A program made the translations under genes and the position numbers. DNA of 64,000 nt from Bacteroidota bacterium. Its GTDB lineage: Bacteria > Bacteroidota > Bacteroidia > AKYH767-A > OLB10. Below are positions 19,611 through 28,759 of the stretch, in pieces. Numbering within the stretch: the stretch's first letter is position 1; each line of letters starts with the position of its first letter. The notes below the pieces were generated by a model. That model was not told where the DNA came from. It did not search any database and worked only from the letters and a program-made list of their open reading frames with translations. The DNA is taken from positions 25,388 to 89,387 of the forward strand of contig JANOXC010000118.1 in assembly GCA_031418215.1 (NCBI GenBank). The letters are read 5' to 3'.

Positions 19611-19687
19611 CAATTGTAACCTTCAGCCTAATTCCCTTTATCGTAACTTTGATCAATAAATATTAAACCAACCTTAAACCACATTTT

Positions 19688-20722
19688 TTGAGCGCAGTAT
19701 CCGTCAAGCGTTTTATTCCTTACCTGTCTTGGTGGTTGCTAATCACCATCATACAGGTTGTAGTTGTACACCGTTTTAATATCGAATGGAAAATTGCAAT
19801 GGTTGATGCTTTATTGTCGACTGCTATTTTAGCTGTTGCTTCCTATGTAATCACCAACACGTTTCGCTACTACACGCCGGCATCAGGAAAATATATATAC
19901 GGCCTGGCCATAGTTGCTGCATTAACTATCTTGTGTGTTGCCGTTATCACCCACACACTGAATTATATTTTTATTGACAATAATGCATATATATATTTTC
20001 TCGGCCAGTCGGTTCCTGTTCGTTTTATGCTTGCCTTGTTGATGATAGCATTGATGGGCGTCACCAGCTGGTTGCGTTTTTATATGAAAGAACAGACAGA
20101 AAATAAAAAGCGGAAAGATGATGCAGGTTTGTTGTTGCGCGAAGCTGAATTATCAAAACTCCGTCAGCAATTGCAGCCACATTTTTTATTCAACAGCCTG
20201 AACAGCATCAGTTCGCTTGCCGGCAGCCGTCCCGAAGAAGCACGAAAAATGATACAACAACTTTCCGATTTCCTGCGCGGCACATTGAAAAAAGACGAGC
20301 AACAGTTAGTGCTGCTCTCAGATGAATTGCAGCATTTGCAATTGTACCTCGATATTGAAAAAGTTCGTTTTGGCCATCGCCTCACTGTTGAAATAAACTG
20401 TGATGAAACAACAGCAAAGATGAAATTACCATCATTGCTATTGCAACCCATTGTAGAAAATGCCATCAAGTTCGGATTATATGATACCACCGATGATATC
20501 ATCATCAGTATTAAAGCATCAACGGTTAATCAACAACTGACCGTTATTATTGAAAACCCTTTTGATCCCGCAACGGCGGGAGGACAACAACCGGGCATGG
20601 GCTTTGGCCTCGGCTCTGTGCAACGCAGACTATATTTATTGTACTCTAGAAATGACTTGCTGGCTGTTGAAAAAGAAGGAAGCCTTTTCCGAACCATCGT
20701 TAAAATACCGCAGAACCAATGA
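19688..20722 (+). CDS. LytS/YehU-type sensor histidine kinase
   Basis: The apparent start is TTG. An N-terminal 4-TM domain is followed by the His_kinase (PF06580) motif LRQQLQPHFLFNSLNSISSL, then an HATPase_c region (IVENAIKFG, GFGLG). It overlaps the response-regulator gene by 4 bp. Confidence 0.8.
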   Translation: MSAVSVKRFIPYLSWWLLITIIQVVVVHRFNIEWKIAMVDALLSTAILAVASYVITNTFRYYTPASGKYIYGLAIVAALTILCVAVITHTLNYIFIDNNAYIYFLGQSVPVRFMLALLMIALMGVTSWLRFYMKEQTENKKRKDDAGLLLREAELSKLRQQLQPHFLFNSLNSISSLAGSRPEEARKMIQQLSDFLRGTLKKDEQQLVLLSDELQHLQLYLDIEKVRFGHRLTVEINCDETTAKMKLPSLLLQPIVENAIKFGLYDTTDDIIISIKASTVNQQLTVIIENPFDPATAGGQQPGMGFGLGSVQRRLYLLYSRNDLLAVEKEGSLFRTIVKIPQNQ

Positions 20723-21456
20723 AAGTAATCATCATTGACGATGAGCCGCTTGCAAGGGAACTCATCAAAGAATATTTGCAGTCTTATGCTGCATTGCAAA
20801 TCGTACAGGAATGCAATGATGGCTTTGAAGGTTTTAAAGCCATTCAACAGCATCAGCCTGATCTGATTTTTTTAGATGTGCAGATGCCAAAAATCAATGG
20901 CTTTGAAATGCTGGAATTGGTGGAACAACCGCCGGCAATAATTTTCACCACCGCCTTTGATGAATATGCCATCAAAGCATTTGAAGCGCATGCTGTAGAT
21001 TACTTATTAAAACCATTTAGCAAAGAGCGTTTCGACAAAGCTGTAGGAAAATTTTTACAAACAGGAAATACCAAAGCAGTGACGAATGACTTATTGACCG
21101 AAGTTACACCTAGAGTACTCGGGGCTGAAGAACAGCAACGAATAGTAGTGAAATCCGGGAACAACATCAAAATACTTCCGTCTCATGAGATTATATATAT
21201 AGAAGCTTATGACGATTACGTAAAGATCTTCACCAACAGCGATGTCTACCTGAAAAAGAAAACATTGTCCTATTACGAAACCGTTCTTGCCCGTGATTTT
21301 CTAAGGGTGCACCGTTCTTATTTGATACCGCTTGCACAGATCACCCGCATTGAAGTCTTTGAAAAAAACAGTCATGTGGCCATCCTTAAGAATGGAAACA
21401 AAATTCCTTTGAGTCGAAATGGTTATGCTGCGTTGAAGGAGAAACTAGGAGTTTAA
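20719..21456 (+). CDS. LytTR-family response regulator
   Basis: The receiver domain reads MKVIIIDDEPLARE...DLIFLDVQMP. The C-terminal LytTR DNA-binding domain reads IVVKSGNNIKILPSHEIIYIEAYDDYVKIFT...FLRVHRSY. Confidence 0.85.
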   Translation: MKVIIIDDEPLARELIKEYLQSYAALQIVQECNDGFEGFKAIQQHQPDLIFLDVQMPKINGFEMLELVEQPPAIIFTTAFDEYAIKAFEAHAVDYLLKPFSKERFDKAVGKFLQTGNTKAVTNDLLTEVTPRVLGAEEQQRIVVKSGNNIKILPSHEIIYIEAYDDYVKIFTNSDVYLKKKTLSYYETVLARDFLRVHRSYLIPLAQITRIEVFEKNSHVAILKNGNKIPLSRNGYAALKEKLGV

Positions 21457-21494
21457 CAAATCAGAGAAGAAACAATCTTATCATCATTTACTAC

Positions 21495-21650
21495 GTCATT
21501 GCGATGAGCTTGAGTATTGTTATTGCAATTGAAAAAAGATGAGCGTAGAGGCAATCTCACAAATAGTACCAGTAGCATCATCATCCTGCAAATTGTCTGA
21601 ACTATGATTCTTGGGATTAAATGATTTCTATGATTTTTATTTAGCAAAAT
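21495..21650. repeat. composite interspersed repeat (family A plus family C tail)
   Basis: The family A core (gtcattgcgatgagc...gatgagcgtagaggcaatctc) is followed by ...aaatagtacc...caaattgtctgaactatgattcttgggatta. The family C tail recurs at about 27125 and about 34625. Confidence 0.65.
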
Positions 21651-21665
21651 CATTGTTATACCTCC

Positions 21666-21848
21666 TCATTTACCAGCCGCTGTTTCAAATGTTGTGGTAA
21701 CAAATTGTGACCTCAAGTCAGAAAGTTCCGTTTTTGTTAATTCAAACATAAAATCTTCCGGAAACCGTTCCAAATTTCTTTTTGCCTGTTGCTTCAATGC
21801 CTTGGCAGGCACATCATACAATAATGCTAAGTCAGCATCAAGCATCAC
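21666..21848 (-). pseudogene. ORF6N-domain gene remnant (N-terminal 60 aa only)
   Basis: The sequence MLDADLALLYDVPAKALKQQAKRNLERFPEDFMFELTKTEL matches the N-terminal ORF6N (KilA-N-related) domain of the intact paralog at 27406-27882. It is truncated directly at the repeat insertion. Confidence 0.55.
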
Positions 21849-22140
21849 ATTATTCCCACTAATGTAAAAAATTCATGTTTCGTATTCGGGTTTTATCAAT
21901 TCTCTCATTGTCTTTCAATTCAAGCTATTTAAAAATATTCTGCAAAAACATATTCCTAATTAATAGAATCTTTTTTCTTAAATGAACTTTATTAAAAAAA
22001 CGGAAATAATAGAAATACACTGCTAAATAATTATTTCTACATGGGAAATAAAATTACTCGTTTTGAAAATATTCTTTCAATATAAAAATGAAATGATATT
22101 AATATTAGTATTTTTATTCTTCTAATCTAAAATCTTTATT

Positions 22141-22941
22141 ATGAAAAATAAACGTCGCCCACGAAATAGTAAAACAGTAGCGGAAACCCTGAGAGAAAAT
22201 ATGGAATATATATTTTCAAATACGCCCGGTAATGATCTTACTGAAGCAAGCAAGAAGGCGTGGCTGAATTATATTATTGATTTTGAAGAGTATCATAAAA
22301 ATGCAAAAGATGTAACCGTTTGGGAATTTATTGGTAAGCCCCCTTTCGTTCTCATAGATAAGCTGGACAGTGCATCAATATCACTTGCTTTAGATGCCAT
22401 TTATGAAAAAATGGCATCTAATAATGTGTTACTTGACTTTTGTGTTGTGTATCCCGATGACGTGATTTACAAGTTTATTACAGAAGAGTTGTTTCAACAT
22501 AAAATTCAGGACATTAAGATTCCGGGCGGTAACATTTGCTTTATCTATGAAGAGTTTCATCCGAATCACGACTATGACTTAAGAAGATATAGTAGTGAAC
22601 ACCTGGAGTGCTTATTCAAGCCTGATGTTATTAGAAGTCATTTATCATTTTATGCAATGAATAGTATTTACCTTAATGATAAATTATGTACTAAAGATTC
22701 GCTCGCTGATTTTATCATTGATTTTCATAATTTACATAAGAGGGCGGAACTAAGAAATCATACTATAACCGACTTGACATTTGATCTTGAATTGAATTCC
22801 GGAAAAGTAAGCGTGGATTTTAATTGTTGCTTATTTTTTAACGATGGCGGGCATTTAGAAAAAAAAGAAAATGTAACTTTAAATTACTTATTGGAATATG
22901 ACTTTTGGATTTTGAAAAAAATTGAAAGTTCTTTATTCTAG
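22141..22941 (+). CDS. hypothetical protein (AT-rich island orphan)
   Basis: A 266-aa ORF with a strong AT-rich upstream region and codon usage far more AT-rich than the flanking core genes. No motif was recognised. Confidence 0.5.
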   Translation: MKNKRRPRNSKTVAETLRENMEYIFSNTPGNDLTEASKKAWLNYIIDFEEYHKNAKDVTVWEFIGKPPFVLIDKLDSASISLALDAIYEKMASNNVLLDFCVVYPDDVIYKFITEELFQHKIQDIKIPGGNICFIYEEFHPNHDYDLRRYSSEHLECLFKPDVIRSHLSFYAMNSIYLNDKLCTKDSLADFIIDFHNLHKRAELRNHTITDLTFDLELNSGKVSVDFNCCLFFNDGGHLEKKENVTLNYLLEYDFWILKKIESSLF

Positions 22942-23026
22942 CTTAGAATATAAGCAATTCTATGTACTCCTGCGATTTATCATATCTGGTTGCTTAACAC
23001 AAAACATACTAAACCTTAAATTAAAA

Positions 23027-23416
23027 TTATCGGTCGATCAGGTATACCTTGATATTTAACTTCAGCCACTGTCCTTTCCATTCTTTCGTTTCCAGCGCTC
23101 CGAAAAGTTGTTTGCCTGCATCCAGTAAACGTGCCGTGCTTTCATTGATGTGCATGGGAAGGTATCCCAGTTTTATTTTATCAGCGGTATAGATAGCTGT
23201 TGCAAAATGATCGAACTGATTTTCCGGTTCGCGTTTTAAGATGAAACGATCGCCGGGTTTTAAGGTGGGCTCCGTTTCTTCTAAGTTCAGGTGTGACGTG
23301 CCTGCAATGTGGCATTCAAGCATGATGAGCTCGCGGACAAAGGGCATTAATGCCTGACTCTTCCCCTGGATGAGTGCTAATAATCCCGGACTGATCTGTA
23401 TTATTTCACTGCTCAT
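23027..23416 (-). CDS. HIRAN-domain protein
   Basis: A 129-aa protein. It shows the IAGTSH(L) motif, the LKREPENQFDHFATAIY motif and the KLGYLPMHINESTARLLDAG motif. Together these match the HIRAN fold consensus (G.ryy / lvREP.N.yD.nAi.V / iGYvp...a..l..lld.g). Confidence 0.55.
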   Translation of the reverse strand: MSSEIIQISPGLLALIQGKSQALMPFVRELIMLECHIAGTSHLNLEETEPTLKPGDRFILKREPENQFDHFATAIYTADKIKLGYLPMHINESTARLLDAGKQLFGALETKEWKGQWLKLNIKVYLIDR

Positions 23417-24209
23417 TGTTCAGCAACTGTTGAATCATTTTTTCCAAGGTTGCTTTTTCATCCATGCAGGCTGAAATAGCATTAAGCGTTTCATTGTTCT
23501 CATTATTAACCCAGCCTTGATCTTCTATATATTCCGAAATTGTGAATGGAAACATTACTTTGATTTCCTGCAGCTTTTGTATCAGTTTAGAAAAGTAAGC
23601 TGCCAACTGCTCATTCTTCTTCTTCAATTGTTCAACCCCGGTAATGAGGTCTTCACTCTTCAAACTAAGCTCTGCAACAGCTGCCAATGCCCTCATTGCT
23701 TCGAGGTCATTTAATGAATATGCCTCCGATAATTTCAGCCACAATGCTGCACGGTTGATATCGCCGGGATATATATCAGGATGCAACTGTTTAGCCAGTT
23801 TATAATAAAGGAGTTTTATCTCTTTGATCTCTTCCTCCGTCAATTTTTCCAGGTTGATAAACATTGATGCTGCATTCAGGATCTCTGCCTCTTTTTTCAG
23901 TTGTTTTAAATGCTCCTGCATTTCCAGCTCAATCAATTCATCAATCAAATCTTCATTAACATCATCATCTCTGTTAATCGCTGCCTGTATTTTTTCCAAC
24001 TTTAATTTCAATCGGAAAACGGTAGTTTGAATACGTAATAATTCCAACCTGTTATTTCCAACAGCTACCAAATACCTCGATTCCAGGTAAGGCTTTACAT
24101 GATACAATAAGTGGCACTTCTCCTCCTCTGCTCTTGCAATTTCATTACAGAGCGCCTCCTGCTGTTTTATCGCTTCCTGGTGTTCATGGGTTAATGCCGG
24201 GGTCGTCAT
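23406..24209 (-). CDS. J-domain (DnaJ-like) coiled-coil protein
   Basis: A 267-aa protein. The central segment LYYKLAKQLHPDIYPGD...LWLKLSEAYSLNDLEAM has the J-domain helix II, the HPD tripeptide and helix III. Long heptad-rich regions flank it. It overlaps the HIRAN gene by 11 bp. Confidence 0.5.
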   Translation of the reverse strand: MTTPALTHEHQEAIKQQEALCNEIARAEEEKCHLLYHVKPYLESRYLVAVGNNRLELLRIQTTVFRLKLKLEKIQAAINRDDDVNEDLIDELIELEMQEHLKQLKKEAEILNAASMFINLEKLTEEEIKEIKLLYYKLAKQLHPDIYPGDINRAALWLKLSEAYSLNDLEAMRALAAVAELSLKSEDLITGVEQLKKKNEQLAAYFSKLIQKLQEIKVMFPFTISEYIEDQGWVNNENNETLNAISACMDEKATLEKMIQQLLNNEQ

Positions 24210-24301
24210 CGTGGAGGAAAGATAGTAAAAAATTAAATCAAGGAATTGGCGTCTACGCTACCGCGTGCGAATCTTTTCTAATATACGAATAAAATCTTAG
24301 C

Positions 24302-25030
24302 CGTCATTGCGATGAGCGATAACCATATTAATGTAATTGAAAAAAGATGAGCGAAGAAGCAATCCCATCATGCATACAACAAGCATCATGCACATACTTC
24401 CCAACAAAAGATTGCTTCGACATTCACTGCTTCTCAGTTCATGTCTCGCAATAACGGAATATTAGAACGTCATTGCGCCGCGCCGTCGGCAAGCCTTATG
24501 CCTCCGCGAAAGCTTTAGCAACACGCAGATGGCGGCCGATGGATGAGGGGGAATGTTGTTTCTGAAATCGAATAAGGTTGAGCGAAGAAACAATCTCATT
24601 AATAGAACCTGAGGTACCACTTACTATTCATGAGATAACCTCACTCATTCTTCGTTCGCAATGACAGTAGATGAAAATTTTAAAGTGGCAAAGTAATCCT
24701 TTCAACAAGCGAACCGTCATTGCGAGCCAATTGGACCAATATGCTCTTACGAAAAACATAAAGTGGCGAAGCAATCTTTTCAAAAGTACCCGATCTGCTA
24801 TTCATAAGATTACTTCCCTCATTCTTCCCTCGCAATGACGTTAGATGAAAATTTAAAGTGGTGTAGCAAAGCAATCCTTTCAATAATTCAACCGTCATTG
24901 CGAGCCACTTATACCAATATGCTCTTACGAAAGACTTAAAGTGGCGAAGCAATCTTTTCAATAGCACCTCTTCTTCTATTCATAAGATTGCTTCACTCGT
25001 TCCTCGCTCGCAATGATGATAGAGGTGCCT
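24302..25030. repeat. dense cluster of family A interspersed repeats (about 7-8 copies, both orientations)
   Basis: The module cgtcattgcgagc...aaagtggcgaagcaatc(t/c)tttcaa and its reverse complement (gattgcttc...gcaatgac) occur repeatedly. There is no convincing ORF here. Confidence 0.75.
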
Positions 25031-25082
25031 CCTTCATAATTAATTTACCCGGCTGTATTATCATTACCTCAAACTTAATGAT

Positions 25083-25913
25083 ATGAAACCACTTTACATT
25101 CTTGTCTTATTATTAAACATAACCCTCACTGACATGGCCTCGGCCTCCGGTAACAAGGTAATTACAGAAATAGATTCAGTTAGTTTTAAAAGATATAAAG
25201 AAGGTTTTAAAACAACACCGCTCCACTCTCCATCCCATCAGTTATATCTCGACAGCCTTTTGAGTTTACAACCGGATAACGCATATTACTGGCAGCAGAA
25301 ATCAATGCCTTTATATAAAGAAAGAAAGTATGAGCTGGGACGACAATATGTTGACAGTGCCGTTAAATTCAATGAAAAGCAATACCTCGACTACCGCGCC
25401 TTCCTGAAATGCATTTTTGAAAAATCATACCGGGCCGCTTTGGAAGATTTTGAATTGGTAAAACAAAAAACAGGTTTTGCTTTTGTAATGGGACATTCTT
25501 ATGATTTTTATATGGGGCTCTGTTATCTCCAACTCAACAACTTTGATAAAGCCGATTCATTGATTCAATATTCGCTAACCTGGAATGAAAAAAACAGCAC
25601 AGGCGGACATTACCTTGAATATTTTTATTTGGGTGTGGTGAAAATGGAAAAAAACGAAACAGACGAAGCTTTGGAAAATTTTGATAAAGCATTGCAGATC
25701 TATACACAGTTTCCCGATGCATTGTATTTCAAATCTGTTTGCCTGGAGCAATCAGGGAAAAAAGAAGAGGCGCTAGCTGTTGCCACAAAAGGGCTTACCT
25801 ATTTTAACCAGGGATATACCAATAATGAAGACAATGTTTTTTACGAAGATTATCCTTATCAGCAGAGAAGGTATAGTTATGAGTCGAGGGTGAATTATCT
25901 GGGAAGGAAATAG
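25083..25913 (+). CDS. secreted tetratricopeptide-repeat protein
   Basis: A 276-aa protein with a signal peptide. TPR-like helical pairs are present (AYYWQQKSMPLYKERKYELGRQYVDSAVKFN, YFYLGVVKMEKNETDEALENFDKALQIY). Confidence 0.65.
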   Translation: MKPLYILVLLLNITLTDMASASGNKVITEIDSVSFKRYKEGFKTTPLHSPSHQLYLDSLLSLQPDNAYYWQQKSMPLYKERKYELGRQYVDSAVKFNEKQYLDYRAFLKCIFEKSYRAALEDFELVKQKTGFAFVMGHSYDFYMGLCYLQLNNFDKADSLIQYSLTWNEKNSTGGHYLEYFYLGVVKMEKNETDEALENFDKALQIYTQFPDALYFKSVCLEQSGKKEEALAVATKGLTYFNQGYTNNEDNVFYEDYPYQQRRYSYESRVNYLGRK

Positions 25914-26146
25914 GCTTATTCAAAAATAATTGGTGTGGCATAATAAGAGCCCGTATTAATTTTATTGCGTCCTAACGATAAAACCGGTCGCAATTTGCGA
26001 CTAGTTCATTCATTTCATTCTTTCGTAACTCAAACATGAAATCTTTTGGAAAGCCGGGGGAATTGTAAAAATAAAATACGCCACTGGTCATGCCCTTTTG
26101 TATATAAAATTTAGCTTTTAAAATTTTACATTTTCAAATCTTATTA

Positions 26147-26609
26147 TTAATCATTCTCATCCTTTCTTTTGTATCCAACCTTTTTTCCAGGGGTACTTAA
26201 TGGCAACATAAGTTGTCTAATGGCTTCAAATATTTTATTAATTGCGTCATCATGCATAGCTAATCGGTTTTCCAATTTTTTCAGTTGAGCCGAAAGTTCT
26301 TTATGTGAATCCAGCAGTTTTCTCATTCTTACAAAAGCACGCATTATTGCAATATTTACTTCTCTTGCCCTTTTACTTTTTAGTATTCCCGGAAAGCATT
26401 GCAACCCCTTGCTCTGTAAAAGCATAAGGAAATGCCCCTCCGAACTTGCCTTTAGATGGTATCACATTTTGTGATACCAGAACACTAACTACTTTGTTTG
26501 TTAATACAAACATAAAATCCGGAGGAAAACTTTCAATGTTCCTTTTAACAGCTTGTTTCAATGCCCTGGTTTCTACGTTGTATAATTGAGCAATGTCAAA
26601 ATCAAGCAT
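26147..26609 (-). pseudogene. ORF6N-domain gene with internal frameshift
   Basis: The N-terminal piece (26373-26609: [34 protein letters not shown]...[12 protein letters not shown]) joins the next frame of 26147-26425 (...[25 protein letters not shown]...) to make an ORF6N protein of about 170 aa. The two ORFs overlap at a short homopolymer (about 26376-26392). Confidence 0.6.
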
Positions 26610-26933
26610 AATTTTTCTTCGCGGATAAAATAAATCTGTTGCGTAATGCTTTCTTCTCTTAAAATTATTTTTGAACCCATATCTTTTGCCTGAGGTATGA
26701 CAAATTTTTAAATTAAATTATTAATATCACGTATTTCGGTTTGATTAATTCTATCATCGTAATATTTGCACCCGTGCAGGATAAAAATCCACCATTTTAT
26801 TAATGCCTCTTAACTCATCCATTTGGGGTTGCATGTTTCGAAATTTTATGATCAATAAATAGTGCGTCAAAACTATACTATAAAAAAATAATTAAAAATG
26901 GAAGAAGGTTGCTAGAAAATTTATCAGGCAATT

Positions 26934-27175
26934 CGTCGTTGCGAGGAGTTAGCGCTTTCAGGTTTGTGACCTCGCCCCCTGCCCCTCTCCAGGGGAGAGG
27001 GGAGGTCGACTACCGATTATTCATTAACCCTTACATTAATGCGATGAGCGTGAGCTTATATTTTCTGATTGAAAAATGTTGGGCGAAGATGCAATCTGAT
27101 CAATAGCACCTTATATGTCATCATTCTGCACATTGTCTGAACTATGATTCATGTGATTATATGATTTTGCGTTAG
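26934..27175. repeat. composite interspersed repeat (families A, B and C)
   Basis: The family A core is interrupted by a GC hairpin (cccctgcccctctccaggggagaggggagg). It is then followed by ...caatagcacc...cacattgtctgaactatgattcatgtgatta. Confidence 0.65.
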
Positions 27176-27189
27176 CTAAGTTCTTTTAA

Positions 27190-27320
27190 ACATCCCGATT
27201 TTCCTTCGCGGATGGATTGTGGGTTGCATCAAATGCCGGATGGCTTCGAAAAGCGCCTGTATTTCTTTATCATGCTTAATGAATCTCAGCGCTCCGTCGA
27301 CAAAGCTATGGCGTAATCTT
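27190..27320 (-). pseudogene. ORF6N-domain gene remnant (C-terminal fragment)
   Basis: The minus-strand translation ...SFVDGALRFIKHDKEIQALFEAIRHLMQPTIHPRRKIG parallels the C-terminus of the 26147 copy (HDDAINKIFEAIRQLMLPLSTPGKKVG). No N-terminal part is present. Confidence 0.45.
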
Positions 27321-27405
27321 GAGCCATAGTAAGGCGAATTAAATAGTCCGGTTATTTATCCTTTGTAATTCTATAACCAATCCTATTCCTATTTTTAATT
27401 TCCGG

Positions 27406-27882
27406 CTAAATAAGTTCCTTTATTATTTTATATATATTCCCTATATGCTGATTACTTGAAGATTGCTCCAGCTCTATTTTCTCAATTTTTTTCAATAGCT
27501 CTTCATATTCCTTTATTAACCCGCGCATTTTTACAAATATTCTCATGATCTGAATATTTACTTCAATGGCCTGATCGCTGTTCAAAACACTTGAAAGCAT
27601 GGCAACCCCCTGTTCTGTGAATGCCATTGGCATATACCTGGTTCCACCCCAATTTGAGGTGCCAATTTGGTACCTCAAGATTTTCAGGTCTGCAGCACCC
27701 AATTCAAACATAAAATCTTCCGGAAACCGGGTACTATTTCTTCGCACTGCCCTTTTAAGTGATTTAGTCTCCACTCCATATAATACAGCAAGGTCAGCAT
27801 CAAGCATTACTTTTTGTTTTCGGATAATTATGATTTTGCTGAAAATATTTTCTTCAGAATAAACTGTTCTTTTAGGCATCAA
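27406..27882 (-). CDS. ORF6N-domain protein (KilA-N-related, phage anti-repressor-like), intact copy
   Basis: A 158-aa protein. The conserved N-terminal block reads KVMLDADLAVLYGVETKSLKRAVRRNSTRFPEDFMFEL...[23 protein letters not shown]. The C-terminus is a coiled-coil. Confidence 0.7.
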   Translation of the reverse strand: MMPKRTVYSEENIFSKIIIIRKQKVMLDADLAVLYGVETKSLKRAVRRNSTRFPEDFMFELGAADLKILRYQIGTSNWGGTRYMPMAFTEQGVAMLSSVLNSDQAIEVNIQIMRIFVKMRGLIKEYEELLKKIEKIELEQSSSNQHIGNIYKIIKELI

Positions 27883-28759
27883 TTTTAAATTGCAATTTTT
27901 TCAGCGGGAAAAATAGCTAAGAAAATAATTGAAAATTAGGTGAGTAGAAAACCCTTTCTATTTCAATTAACGTAAGGAGCTGATATTTAAACAAATTTTT
28001 TTCTCTGATCCCTTTGCATATTACAATTAGGACACAGGCAAAAAAATGACAAGCCCATTAAATCTTCTCTGATTCATGCAAATAGTTTTTAAAGACGAAC
28101 TAAGTTGCATCCGCGATAACAAATAAGAAATAAAAGGGCGAGGCGTTTATTTTGACCTGTACAGTCCGCATTGTTTTACCACCGTTGTGTCGGTCACTCG
28201 GTTGGTATCATCCATTGGATGATTCGAAATGCTTTGTAAAGATGAGGAATATTATTTCAACTTTGCAAATGTTTTTTTGATTTTGGTTAATTAATACTGA
28301 TTTCAAATCGATCAATTTGACTAATAAAATGATGATAAAAGAAAAAACGGTTGCTCCCTTTTTAGATTTTTCCTTTCTAAAATTTCCCTTTCACATTAAA
28401 GGTAATCTAATTATAGAGTTTGATCAAGGTAATTTCGTATTATCGAAGATTGCCAAATTAATCTACATAAATGCGGGTTAATCCTTTAGTTTAACAATTG
28501 CATTCATTAATTCTGTAGGGTTGCTACAAACGGCAGGCCTAATCCTCTGTTAGTCTTGAAATTTATCAGTTTTGCGATGTTATACTTTCTGTTTTTCAGC
28601 TCTATATCAAGTACTTTTTCAACTTTGTAAACAAAAAATATTCACGGGTGGAAAAAGTTGGATATTTATTATCAATCAATGTTTGTTTCAATTGAAGTAC
28701 GTTTATTTACAAAATGTGAATTCTATGTTTTTTCCTATCCCCAAATCATTAATATAATT

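Noticed and set aside
21453-21653. 66-aa ORF downstream of the truncated ORF6N stub
   Set aside because: It lies entirely within the family A/C composite repeat. Its translation is low-complexity (MMMLLVLFVRLPL).
28130-28260. Possible tRNA or tmRNA-like 3' end (ggatgattcgaaatgc) in the AT-rich gap before the DUF2075 gene, considered as an island integration target
   Set aside because: No acceptor or T-stem complementarity could be built around it. The TTCGAA is not preceded by a GG...CC T-arm. No cloverleaf was found anywhere in the window.
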